A stretch of 14,759 nucleotides of DNA from NCBI GenBank assembly GCA_032128115.1, contig JAQBHB010000009.1, positions 1 to 14,759 of the forward strand. The letters run 5' to 3'. Origin of the DNA: Deltaproteobacteria bacterium. Its GTDB lineage: Bacteria > Myxococcota_A > UBA9160 > SMWR01. The notes beneath the pieces are model-generated. The model did not search any database. It was given only the letters and a program-made list of their open reading frames with translations, and was not told where the DNA came from. Position numbers and translations under genes: made by a program. Shown in pieces: positions 1 to 7,150 of this stretch (the first letter of the stretch is position 1; each line of letters begins with the position of its first letter).

Positions 1-1
1 A

Positions 2-660
2 TGCGTCGACTGCCACGGCCCGGTGGGTGAGCGGATCGCGGGCGGCAAGCCCACGAACCACATCCCGAGTTCAGACCGCTGTGGCGATTGTCACGTCACC
101 ACCGTCTGGATGGATGCGCGCTTCGATCACGCGGGCGTTACGGGAGCCTGCTCGAGCTGTCACAATGGCTTCGCGGCGACGGGCACACCGCCGGACCATG
201 TTCGAACCACGAGCGACTGCGGAGCCTGCCACAGAACCTTCGCCTGGACGCCGGCGAGCTTCGACCACAGCGGAATCACCGGCGGCTGCGCCAGCTGCCA
301 CAATGGGTTCCAGGCCACGGGGAAGCCCGGGGATCACATTCCCAGCTCGAATCTCTGCGAGGACTGCCACAACACGTCCAACTGGAACGCCCGATTCGAT
401 CACGCCGGGATCACCAGCGGTTGTGCGAGCTGCCACGATGGGTCCGTGGCCACGGGAAAGCCCGGGGATCACATTCCCAGTTCGAACCGCTGCGAGGACT
501 GCCACACCACCGTCACCTGGGATTCCAGAGGATTCGACCACGCGGGAATCACCGGAAACTGCGCGAGCTGCCACGATGGCTCGCGGGCGACGGGTAAGGA
601 CGGCGGACATTTCGTGACCACGCTCGATTGCAGCGCGTGTCACACGCCCACGCGCTGGAG
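2..660 (+). repeat. Intragenic tandem repeat of ~135-138 bp (45-46 aa di-heme module), about 5 copies visible
   Basis: Protein unit CxxCH-[ND]GxxATGKPxxHIPSSxx-CxxCH-xTxxWxxxxFDHxGITGx. At DNA level gccacgggRaagcccggggatcacattcccagYtcgaa recurs at 314 and 449 (135 bp apart). Confidence 0.9.
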
Positions 661-979
661 CCTGATCATCTTCCGGCACACCTCACCAGACTATCCGGGG
701 GATCACGCGGGAAATCTCGGGTGCGAGGACTGCCACCGGGGTAATTCGCAGACCGTCCCGTGGTCATTCGGCGCCTACAAGCCCGACTGCGCCGGATGCC
801 ACGCGAACGACTTCAAAACGGACAAGCACAAGAAGACCAGGAATCCGAACACGTTCTACACCGTTGGCGAGCTCAGGGATTGCACGGGGGCCTGCCACGT
901 CTACACCGATTCGTCGATGACGACCATCGACGACCGGAAGCCCGGGCCAGAGCACCGGGTGTCGAGGAACGGTTGGTGA
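2..979 (+). CDS. Multiheme c-type cytochrome with tandem di-heme repeats (5'-truncated by the window edge)
   Basis: The frame is open from base 2 (TGC GTC GAC TGC CAC = CVDCH), so the GTG at 23 is not the true start. There are 12 CxxCH motifs (CVDCH, CGDCH, CSSCH, CGACH, CASCH, CEDCH, CASCH, CEDCH, CASCH, CSACH, CEDCH, CAGCH) plus CTGACH. Extra His residues (FDH, xxHIP) between motifs are candidate distal ligands. Stop TGA at 977-979. Confidence 0.95.
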   Translation, partial: CVDCHGPVGERIAGGKPTNHIPSSDRCGDCHVTTVWMDARFDHAGVTGACSSCHNGFAATGTPPDHVRTTSDCGACHRTFAWTPASFDHSGITGGCASCHNGFQATGKPGDHIPSSNLCEDCHNTSNWNARFDHAGITSGCASCHDGSVATGKPGDHIPSSNRCEDCHTTVTWDSRGFDHAGITGNCASCHDGSRATGKDGGHFVTTLDCSACHTPTRWSLIIFRHTSPDYPGDHAGNLGCEDCHRGNSQTVPWSFGAYKPDCAGCHANDFKTDKHKKTRNPNTFYTVGELRDCTGACHVYTDSSMTTIDDRKPGPEHRVSRNGW

Positions 980-1006
980 CCGTTGGAGACGAGGAATTCT
1001 CCGAAT

Positions 1007-2434
1007 CTATTCGTCTTCCTCGATCTCGAGCTGCTTGAGCTGCTCGCTGGAGCGGTCGAAGGCCCGAGCGCGCTCGCGCTCCATTTCGACGACGAGAGCC
1101 TTTCTCACTCTTCGGGCCCTTTCCTTCTCTGCCGACAGGCGCTCGCGTTTGGCCTCGAGCAGACAGTCTTCCAGCACCCGGTTGTACTGAAGCACGTGCT
1201 CACGTGGCACCACGACTGGCGATGCCTCCCGGTCGAGATGGACCGAGAAGCTCTTCTCGGAGTGGGTCCCGTCGCTTGCGAAGGCTCGCACCTCGATTTG
1301 ATTGGCGCCGGGCAGCATCGGAACGAAACCGCTCCAGGTTCCGTCGAGGGTGGCTCGGAATAGCACCGCCGTTTGGCCTGTTGATGCGTTGTCGAGTTCG
1401 ATCCGATCGATTTCCGCAAAGCGCACCTCGCGGGCCAACTCCACGATGTCGCCGGGGTGACGAACCGGAATGAAGTAGCCATCGGTCCGCAACGCCATTG
1501 CGACGCTCGCGACCGGCGAGTCGAGGGCAGTGGGCCCGATCGCGAACACGTGAATGCGGATCTGGGCGCGGATTGCGCGAGACAGGGCGCGCAGCACGTC
1601 GCGCGTGTTGTCGGCTTCGCGATCCGGCCCAAATGGGAGGGTCGGGGGGCCATCGGTGAAGAAGAGAATCACCTTCTCGGTATCCGGTTCCGATGGGGAC
1701 CGCGGATCGTTTCGCGCCACGAGCTCGTCGATGGCCAGATCCAGGCCCGCGGCCGTGTGCGTGCCTCCGCTGGGCTCCGCGCTCGCGATGAGGTCGAGGG
1801 CGCGCTCGACGCGATCGCGGTCGCTCGTGAGGCGCACGTGGGTGGTCGCCGGTTCGGGCGATGCCGTCCAGACGAACCAGGCTCGGCCCGATTTCGGCGG
1901 CTGACCGGAGAAGGTGACGAGAGCCACCCGGGCACTCAATGGGTCGAGCGATTGCATCAGCTGGCGCGCGGTCTCGACTTCAGCCGAGAGGACCGAGTCC
2001 CCGGGGTCGGTGCTCCCGCTGGCGAAGACGGCGCCGCTGTGCCCCAAGCGTGGGCGGCCCACGATTCCGTTTCCGTTGATGTCGGAGCCGCTCGGGTCCG
2101 ACGTGGACCGCGACGTATCGATTACCAGCGCGACGTCGTACGGCTGCAGAGACCCGGCGTGCGCGCGTCCAGTCACGAAGAGGCCGCAGGCCGACTCCCC
2201 GACCCGGGCACCGTCCAGGGGGTGCTGGATATCGAGCCGCACCCGTGTTCCACCGGGGTCCGCTGGAGTGATCTTCAGCGCCACGGGCGGAGGCGGGATG
2301 CTTCGCTCGCTCTCGGGCGTTGGGTCACTGCCGTTTCCACGAGCGGCTCCGGAGAAGAGTAAAGCCACGAGTGCCGTGGCGGTGATGTGGATCGCGCGGC
2401 GCCAGGCGAGGTGGGTAGCCAGAGAAGAGAGCAT
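1007..2434 (-). CDS. Secreted or membrane-tethered von Willebrand factor A (vWA) domain protein
   Basis: MIDAS DxSxS (DVALVIDTSRS), vWA elements RVALVTFSG, GGTHT, ILFFTDG and IHVFAIG. N-terminal hydrophobic signal-like stretch and a charged helical C-terminus. Start is ATG 2434 or TTG 2443. Confidence 0.88.
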   Translation of the reverse strand: MLSSLATHLAWRRAIHITATALVALLFSGAARGNGSDPTPESERSIPPPPVALKITPADPGGTRVRLDIQHPLDGARVGESACGLFVTGRAHAGSLQPYDVALVIDTSRSTSDPSGSDINGNGIVGRPRLGHSGAVFASGSTDPGDSVLSAEVETARQLMQSLDPLSARVALVTFSGQPPKSGRAWFVWTASPEPATTHVRLTSDRDRVERALDLIASAEPSGGTHTAAGLDLAIDELVARNDPRSPSEPDTEKVILFFTDGPPTLPFGPDREADNTRDVLRALSRAIRAQIRIHVFAIGPTALDSPVASVAMALRTDGYFIPVRHPGDIVELAREVRFAEIDRIELDNASTGQTAVLFRATLDGTWSGFVPMLPGANQIEVRAFASDGTHSEKSFSVHLDREASPVVVPREHVLQYNRVLEDCLLEAKRERLSAEKERARRVRKALVVEMERERARAFDRSSEQLKQLEIEEDE

Positions 2435-2458
2435 CCGATGCAAGGGGTCCGTCGTCCG

Positions 2459-2863
2459 CTAGCCCCGCTCCTTCAGGAACGCCATCACCTGGGGCGCGAC
2501 GATCTTCTGGAGCGCCTGCACGGCGTTCATGGGGCGCATGGGGACATCGATCTTTGCGAGGAGCCCAGCGTCGTTCACGCTGATCAGGTCGATGCCCTGG
2601 AGATCCAGGTCCCCGACCCGACCGGTGAACTCGAGGGCCAGTTCGCCGCCGTTGCGCCACTGCCGCTGGTAGGTGAAGTCCTGGATGGTCCGCACGATCA
2701 CGCCAAGGAGATGGGCGACCAGATCCGGGCCCTCCAGGCGTTGCCAGTAGGGGGGCGCACCGATGGAGGCGTCCGGGGCCAACAGCCCGCGAACCGCTGC
2801 CACATCCTTCTCCCGCACCACCCGGTGCCATTCCTCCAGAAAGCCGTCCACGGGGTCTGCCAT
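2459..2863 (-). CDS. NTF2/SnoaL-like family protein
   Basis: ~134 aa with the pattern WHRVVREKD..LLAPDA..PP..G...F.Y.RQW...ALEF...VGDL...GIDLI...G.....VPMRP typical of small NTF2-like proteins. ATG at 2863 is preferred over the TTG at 2884. Confidence 0.8.
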   Translation of the reverse strand: MADPVDGFLEEWHRVVREKDVAAVRGLLAPDASIGAPPYWQRLEGPDLVAHLLGVIVRTIQDFTYQRQWRNGGELALEFTGRVGDLDLQGIDLISVNDAGLLAKIDVPMRPMNAVQALQKIVAPQVMAFLKERG

Positions 2864-2908
2864 GGGCACAGCATATCGCGGCAAGGGTCGGTCGCGAGCC
2901 GTTCGCGT

Positions 2909-3772
2909 TCAGCTCCGGACCGGAAGGAACCGGAAGATGTCGTGGTCCACCGTCACGTCCTGCGGGTCGGCCTGGGAGAGATACGCGACGATTTCCGGCG
3001 CCAGCGTATCGGCCATGTGGGTGGTTCCGTTGGATTCGACGCCTTCGACCACGACCGTGTGCTCGCCGTTCGGGTCGAGCCCGGTGCGCAGCAGGATGAA
3101 GTTGCCGGGCTTCTCGTACACGTTGCCGCCCACATCGGCGTATCTCTCGAGGATCGCCTCGACCGGAGCAGAGACCAGGAAGTCGATCTGATGGCAGAGG
3201 AAGACGTACTCGAAATCCCACCAGCGGATCGCGAGCAGGGCTTCGATGGTCGCTTCGGGAAACCGGTGCTTGATGACCTGGGCCGGGTTGCCGGCGACGA
3301 CCGCGAACGGGGGGACGTCGCGAGTGACGACCGAGTTCGCGGCCACCACCGCCCCATCGCCGATGCAGATGCCGCTCAGAAGTGTCGCATTGCGCGAGAT
3401 GATGACGTTGCTGCCGATGGTCGTGGGGCCCTTGGCGGTGGATGCCAATTTCTCCTTGTTCCCGGCCGCCACGTGGAACTTCAACTCTTCGAAGTGCGAC
3501 AGGCTGTGGTTCAGGACCTCGTCGTTTCGGTGCTCGCCGCCCAGGAAGATCTGGAGTCAGCCGGCCTGCTGGCAGAACGAGCCGTAGTGCAGGTTCGTCA
3601 CGCCCCGGTACTCGGCCTGGGGACCGTCGAAATCCGCGATGCAGCCCTCGAACAACATCAGCGAGTCTCGTCCGGAGACGACCCGGTTGCCGCGGGCCGT
3701 GGTGGCCTTCAGGTGATAGGGGGCGAAGCTGTGCCGCCTGTGGTTTCCGATCGCCTTCAGATGCTCGATCAC
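2909..3772 (-). pseudogene. CatB/Vat-like hexapeptide-repeat O-acetyltransferase interrupted by one in-frame TGA (pseudogene, sequencing error or recoded gene)
   Basis: ORFs 3557..3772 and 2909..3484 are in the same frame. Reading through TGA 3559-3557 gives LHYGSFCQQAG*LQIFLGGEHRND...KGPTTIGSNV...IGDGAVVAANSVVTRDVPPFAVVAGNPAQVIKHRF...LLAIRWWDF, a continuous xenobiotic acetyltransferase-like sequence of 287 codons. Confidence 0.8.
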
Positions 3773-3812
3773 GGGGCGTGAGGGTAGAAGATTTGACGCG
3801 GTCCCTGGAGGG

Positions 3813-3852
3813 CGATCCGCTGGATCCGATCCGCTAGATCCCCGGTAGATCC
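3813..3852. repeat. Intergenic 14-bp tandem repeat and GATCC cluster
   Basis: CGATCCGCTGGATC (3813-3826) is followed by CGATCCGCTAGATC (3827-3840). GATCC occurs at 3814, 3823, 3828, 3837 and 3848. Confidence 0.7.
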
Positions 3853-3853
3853 G

Positions 3854-5458
3854 TCAGGGCGCGGGAGGTGTCGTGGTCCACCCCAGGGCTTCCACCACGG
3901 CGTGGTAGATGTAGCTCTGCTCCTGCACCCCGTGGAAGAAGAAGGCGCCGGGGCCGTGGGCGTATACCGCCACGTCTTCGCCCGAGTGGGTCTCGGACCA
4001 CAGGGGCGTGGCGGCCCACTGCAGGTAGTCGGGGTCGGTGGTGTCGACCCGGTCGCCGTCGGGGTGGCGCTGCAGGATGCCCAGGCTGGCGCGGAGCCAC
4101 AGCCAGAGTCCCTCGAGGCCGGCCACCTGCTCCGGCCACACGGCCCAGCGCACCACGCGACCGGGACCGTTCTGGTAGCCGAGGGTCGTGTAGGTGTCTC
4201 CCCGGGAGTCGCGCGCGGGCTCGGTCCGGGGCTCGCCGGTCTCGTCGTTGCTGACCACCCGGCCTAGGATGTCATTGCCCCGGGTGGGGCTGCCCGCGAT
4301 GGTGAGCACGTGGCCGTGGTCGGCCGTCACTACGATCAGGGTCTCGCTGGAATCGGTGCGGTCGACGGCGGTCTGCACGGCGCTCGCGAACTCGAGGGTC
4401 TCGGTGAGGGCTCGATAGGCGTTACCGGCATGGTGGCCGTGGTCGATCCGGCCTCCCTCGACCACCAGCACGTATCCGCTGGGGTTGCGCTCCAGCATGT
4501 CCAGAGCCTTCGCCGTCATCTCCGACAGGGACGGCTCACCGGCGGGATCCCGTTCGCGAGCAAACTCGAAACGCATGTGTCCGAACTCGAACAGGCCCAA
4601 CAGGTGCTGCGTTTCGGGGCCCAGCGTCTCGAACTGGTGGCGGTTCCAGACGTAGGCGGCGTTCGCGCGCCCCTGGCTCCACTCCTCGCTGAGATTGCGG
4701 CCGTCCAGGCGAGTGCCGGTCATCTCCGGATACTCCGGATCCGGGGCGCCCTCGGGCAGGAAGTAGCCGCGCCCGCCGCCCAGGGCCACCTCGATGCCGT
4801 CGCCGTGGTCGAACTCGAGCAACTGACGCGCGATGTCGGGGAAGCCTGCGAGGTTCGCCTCCGGCGACTGGCGCGCGTCGCCCTCCCAGCTTCGCTCCGG
4901 GCTGTGGGCGTACGCCGCCGCGGGGGTTGCGTGGGTGAGTCGGGCAGTCGTGACGATTCCCGTGGCAAGACCGCGGTCCTCGGCCAGTTCCACCAGGGTG
5001 GGCAGCTCGTGTCCGCGAACCGCTGCGAAATCCGTGCGCGCCACCGAAGCGTCCACGCCAATCACCCCGGCCCGGGTCTTCACGCCGCTCAGGATGGCCG
5101 TCATGGTTCCCGCCGAGTCGGCAGTCTGCTGATTCGTGTTGTAGGTCTTGATCAGGGCCAGGTGGGGAAACCGCTCGAAGGAGAGCACGTTCTCCTCGCC
5201 TGTCCGCCCGGCCAGCTGTCCCTCCAGGATGCGTGCGGCCGTTACGGTGCTTGCGCCCATGCCGTCGCCCAGGAACACGATCACATTCTTCGCGCGCTGG
5301 TCCGGGGCGATCTCGACGGCCCGCGCCCGGGCCACTGCCTGGCGCCCCGATTCGAACCACACCTCCCGCAATTCGTTGGCCGCTCGGGCGGGCGCCACGA
5401 GCGACACATACGCGAGCAGAGCCGCCAGGCCGGTCGCCGCCAGCGTGGGTCGGATCAT
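3854..5458 (-). CDS. phoA: Alkaline phosphatase (PhoA/TNAP-like), exported
   Basis: KNVIVFLGDGMG, active-site ADSAGT, THATPAA, VEGGRIDHGHH, VTADH and ETHSGEDV. The signal peptide MIRPTLAATGLAALLAYVSLVAPARA starts at ATG 5458, which overlaps the upstream stop (ATGA), with GAGG upstream. The ORF-track extension to 5677 is spurious. Confidence 0.95.
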   Translation of the reverse strand: MIRPTLAATGLAALLAYVSLVAPARAANELREVWFESGRQAVARARAVEIAPDQRAKNVIVFLGDGMGASTVTAARILEGQLAGRTGEENVLSFERFPHLALIKTYNTNQQTADSAGTMTAILSGVKTRAGVIGVDASVARTDFAAVRGHELPTLVELAEDRGLATGIVTTARLTHATPAAAYAHSPERSWEGDARQSPEANLAGFPDIARQLLEFDHGDGIEVALGGGRGYFLPEGAPDPEYPEMTGTRLDGRNLSEEWSQGRANAAYVWNRHQFETLGPETQHLLGLFEFGHMRFEFARERDPAGEPSLSEMTAKALDMLERNPSGYVLVVEGGRIDHGHHAGNAYRALTETLEFASAVQTAVDRTDSSETLIVVTADHGHVLTIAGSPTRGNDILGRVVSNDETGEPRTEPARDSRGDTYTTLGYQNGPGRVVRWAVWPEQVAGLEGLWLWLRASLGILQRHPDGDRVDTTDPDYLQWAATPLWSETHSGEDVAVYAHGPGAFFFHGVQEQSYIYHAVVEALGWTTTPPAP

Positions 5459-6231
5459 TTCGCGATACCTCTCTGCTGGGACCGGCTCTGCGCGAGGCGG
5501 GGGCGCGTCTTGCACACTCCCAGCGCTGCGAGCTCCCGCTGCGCCTGGCCCGCCCAGTCGCGCCCTGCCCGGGGGTTGGCGGGGCTGGGATGCAGGACGC
5601 GTCCGATGCGGATGTCGGTTCCGGACAGGGCTTCTCGGGCGCGATCGGCCGCGAAGGCGCCGATCCCCACCACCCACGCGGGTTCCAGGATCTTCACCAG
5701 CTGGTGCAGGTGCCGGTCGCAGGCGGCGAACAGCCGCTGCTTCTCCCCCGCGGCCAGCTTGTCGGGGGTGCGATTGCGGCCACCGGCCTCCAGGAAGACC
5801 AGGGGGCAGAAGTTGGCCACGTAGTGGCTCCGGAAGAAACGCCGGGCCGTTCCGAAGTGTGCCGCCGCCGCACCCCAGAGCCGCGTGCCGCTCACCTCGC
5901 TGCGCGGGCAGGCGAAACCCTGGATGGGACGCTTGGGGTGCTCGCGGCGGGGGCGCGACACGGGCGCCTCGATCCCGAGCCAGTCACGCACGCTGGCCAC
6001 GTCGCCGAAGGGAACGCCGGTCTGCGCCATCCCGAAGGGGCCCGGGTTCATGCCCAGGAAGATCACGCGCTTGGGGGCGTTGGCGTAGGCTCGCACGTAG
6101 GCGGTATGGGGCCTTCGGGCGTAGTCCAGCGGGTTGTATACGAAGCTCACCGCCCCTCCGAAGCGCAGGCGCCCCACGGCTCCGGAAAGCTCGCGGGTGG
6201 CGGCCTCGACCCTGGCGGCGGTGCTCGGCAT
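5455..6231 (-). CDS. SMUG1-like single-strand-selective monofunctional uracil-DNA glycosylase (UDG family 3)
   Basis: VYNPLDYA, motif 1 GMNPGPFGMAQTGVPFG, RSEVSG, NFCPL and motif 2 HPSPANP. Likely start is ATG 6231 (MPSTAAR), since the extension to 6579 overlaps mlaF. Confidence 0.95.
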   Translation of the reverse strand: MPSTAARVEAATRELSGAVGRLRFGGAVSFVYNPLDYARRPHTAYVRAYANAPKRVIFLGMNPGPFGMAQTGVPFGDVASVRDWLGIEAPVSRPRREHPKRPIQGFACPRSEVSGTRLWGAAAAHFGTARRFFRSHYVANFCPLVFLEAGGRNRTPDKLAAGEKQRLFAACDRHLHQLVKILEPAWVVGIGAFAADRAREALSGTDIRIGRVLHPSPANPRAGRDWAGQAQRELAALGVCKTRPRLAQSRSQQRGIAK

Positions 6232-6288
6232 TGGCGACCTGAGTGCGTAACCCAGTCGGCAGGCCTTTGACAACGCGCGGGGCACGGC

Positions 6289-6317
6289 TTCGGTTCGTCG
6301 CCCGGCTGGACTATCCT
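6289..6317 (+). promoter_or_regulatory. Possible sigma70-type promoter for the mla operon
   Basis: TTCGGT (6289-6294), 17 nt spacer, TATCCT (6312-6317) in the divergent gap. A separate TTGACA at 6267-6272 has no good -10 partner. Confidence 0.3.
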
Positions 6318-6343
6318 TTGGCGCCGTTTCCGGGGGGGGAGGC

Positions 6344-7150
6344 ATGTTGGGGACAGCAATCGCCGAGGGGGCACTGGACTTCCAGGTCGCACTCGATGGC
6401 GTCGACCTCACCCTGGGAGACCGCTCGATCTTTCGCAGTCTGTCCTGTGGCTTTCCTCGCGGGCAGATCTCGATCGTCCTGGGCGGTAGCGGCGCGGGCA
6501 AGAGCACCATCCTGCGGCTCATCGGCGGGCTGCTTCGGCCAGAGAGCGGGGCCGTCCGGGTGGCGGGCCTGGACATCACCGAGATTCCCGAGCGCGAGCT
6601 CTACCAGCTGCGAATGCGGATCGGGATGCTCTTCCAGGGCGGCGCCCTGCTCGATTCCATGACGGTCTACGAGAACGTGTCGCTGCCCCTGCGCGAGCAC
6701 ACCGACCTGGGCGAGGACGCGATTGCCGAAGCCGTGCGCGAGCGGCTTGCGGCGGTGGGTCTGCCCGGAACGGAGGCGCTGTATCCGCGTCAGCTGTCCG
6801 GCGGCATGGTGCGTCGCGCGGCCCTGGCCCGCGCCATCGTGCGCGATCCGGAGCTGGTGCTGGTGGACGAGCCCTTCTCGGGGCTCGACCCGATCAACGT
6901 GCGCCGGATCGAGGCCCTGATGGTCGATTTGAATCGGCAGCGGGGAATCACGCTGATCGTGACTTCCCACCACCTGGCCTCCTCCCTGCGCATGGGACAC
7001 CGTCTGGTATTCCTGACCGACGGCCAGGCGATCTCCGGCGAGCCCGCGGAGCTGCTGGCCAGCGGCGACCCCCGGATCGTCGAATTCCTGCGGGCCGAGC
7101 AGGATGGGCACGCGCTGCCGGTGGCCGCAGGCTCGGGGAGCGCTTCGTGA
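6344..7150 (+). CDS. mlaF: ABC transporter ATP-binding subunit, MlaF/Mkl family
   Basis: Walker A GGSGAGKS, IGMLFQGGALLDSMTVYENV, signature LSGGM, Walker B VLVDEP and an H-loop (TSH). It leads the mlaE-mlaD genes. Start is ATG 6344 or TTG 6347. Confidence 0.93.
   Translation: MLGTAIAEGALDFQVALDGVDLTLGDRSIFRSLSCGFPRGQISIVLGGSGAGKSTILRLIGGLLRPESGAVRVAGLDITEIPERELYQLRMRIGMLFQGGALLDSMTVYENVSLPLREHTDLGEDAIAEAVRERLAAVGLPGTEALYPRQLSGGMVRRAALARAIVRDPELVLVDEPFSGLDPINVRRIEALMVDLNRQRGITLIVTSHHLASSLRMGHRLVFLTDGQAISGEPAELLASGDPRIVEFLRAEQDGHALPVAAGSGSAS

Noticed and set aside
2909..3484. Chloramphenicol or streptogramin resistance gene (catB/vat)
   Set aside because: Only family-level similarity, with divergent motifs, an extra tail, an interrupting stop and no mobile-element context.
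3500..3556. Canonical bacterial SECIS after the in-frame TGA
   Set aside because: The nearest hairpin loop is only ~6 nt from the UGA and lacks G, and the next candidate has only a 3-bp stem. The position does not appear to align to a Cys in the family. It is left as an untested option, not a feature.
3557..3559. Alternative genetic code (TGA as Trp or Gly)
   Set aside because: TGA ends many clearly complete genes here (cytochrome, phoA, SMUG1, mlaF, mlaE, mlaD, mlaC, metH), and TGG is used for Trp.
1457..6270. Long plus-strand ORFs (1457..2362, 2387..3781, 4310..5824, 5148..6242, 5233..6270)
   Set aside because: Antisense shadows of motif-supported minus-strand genes, expected in high-GC DNA. 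They have no recognisable motifs.
6331..6343. G8 homopolymer before mlaF as a phase-variation tract
   Set aside because: Short, non-coding and merged with the GGAGG RBS in high-GC DNA. There is no evidence of variability.
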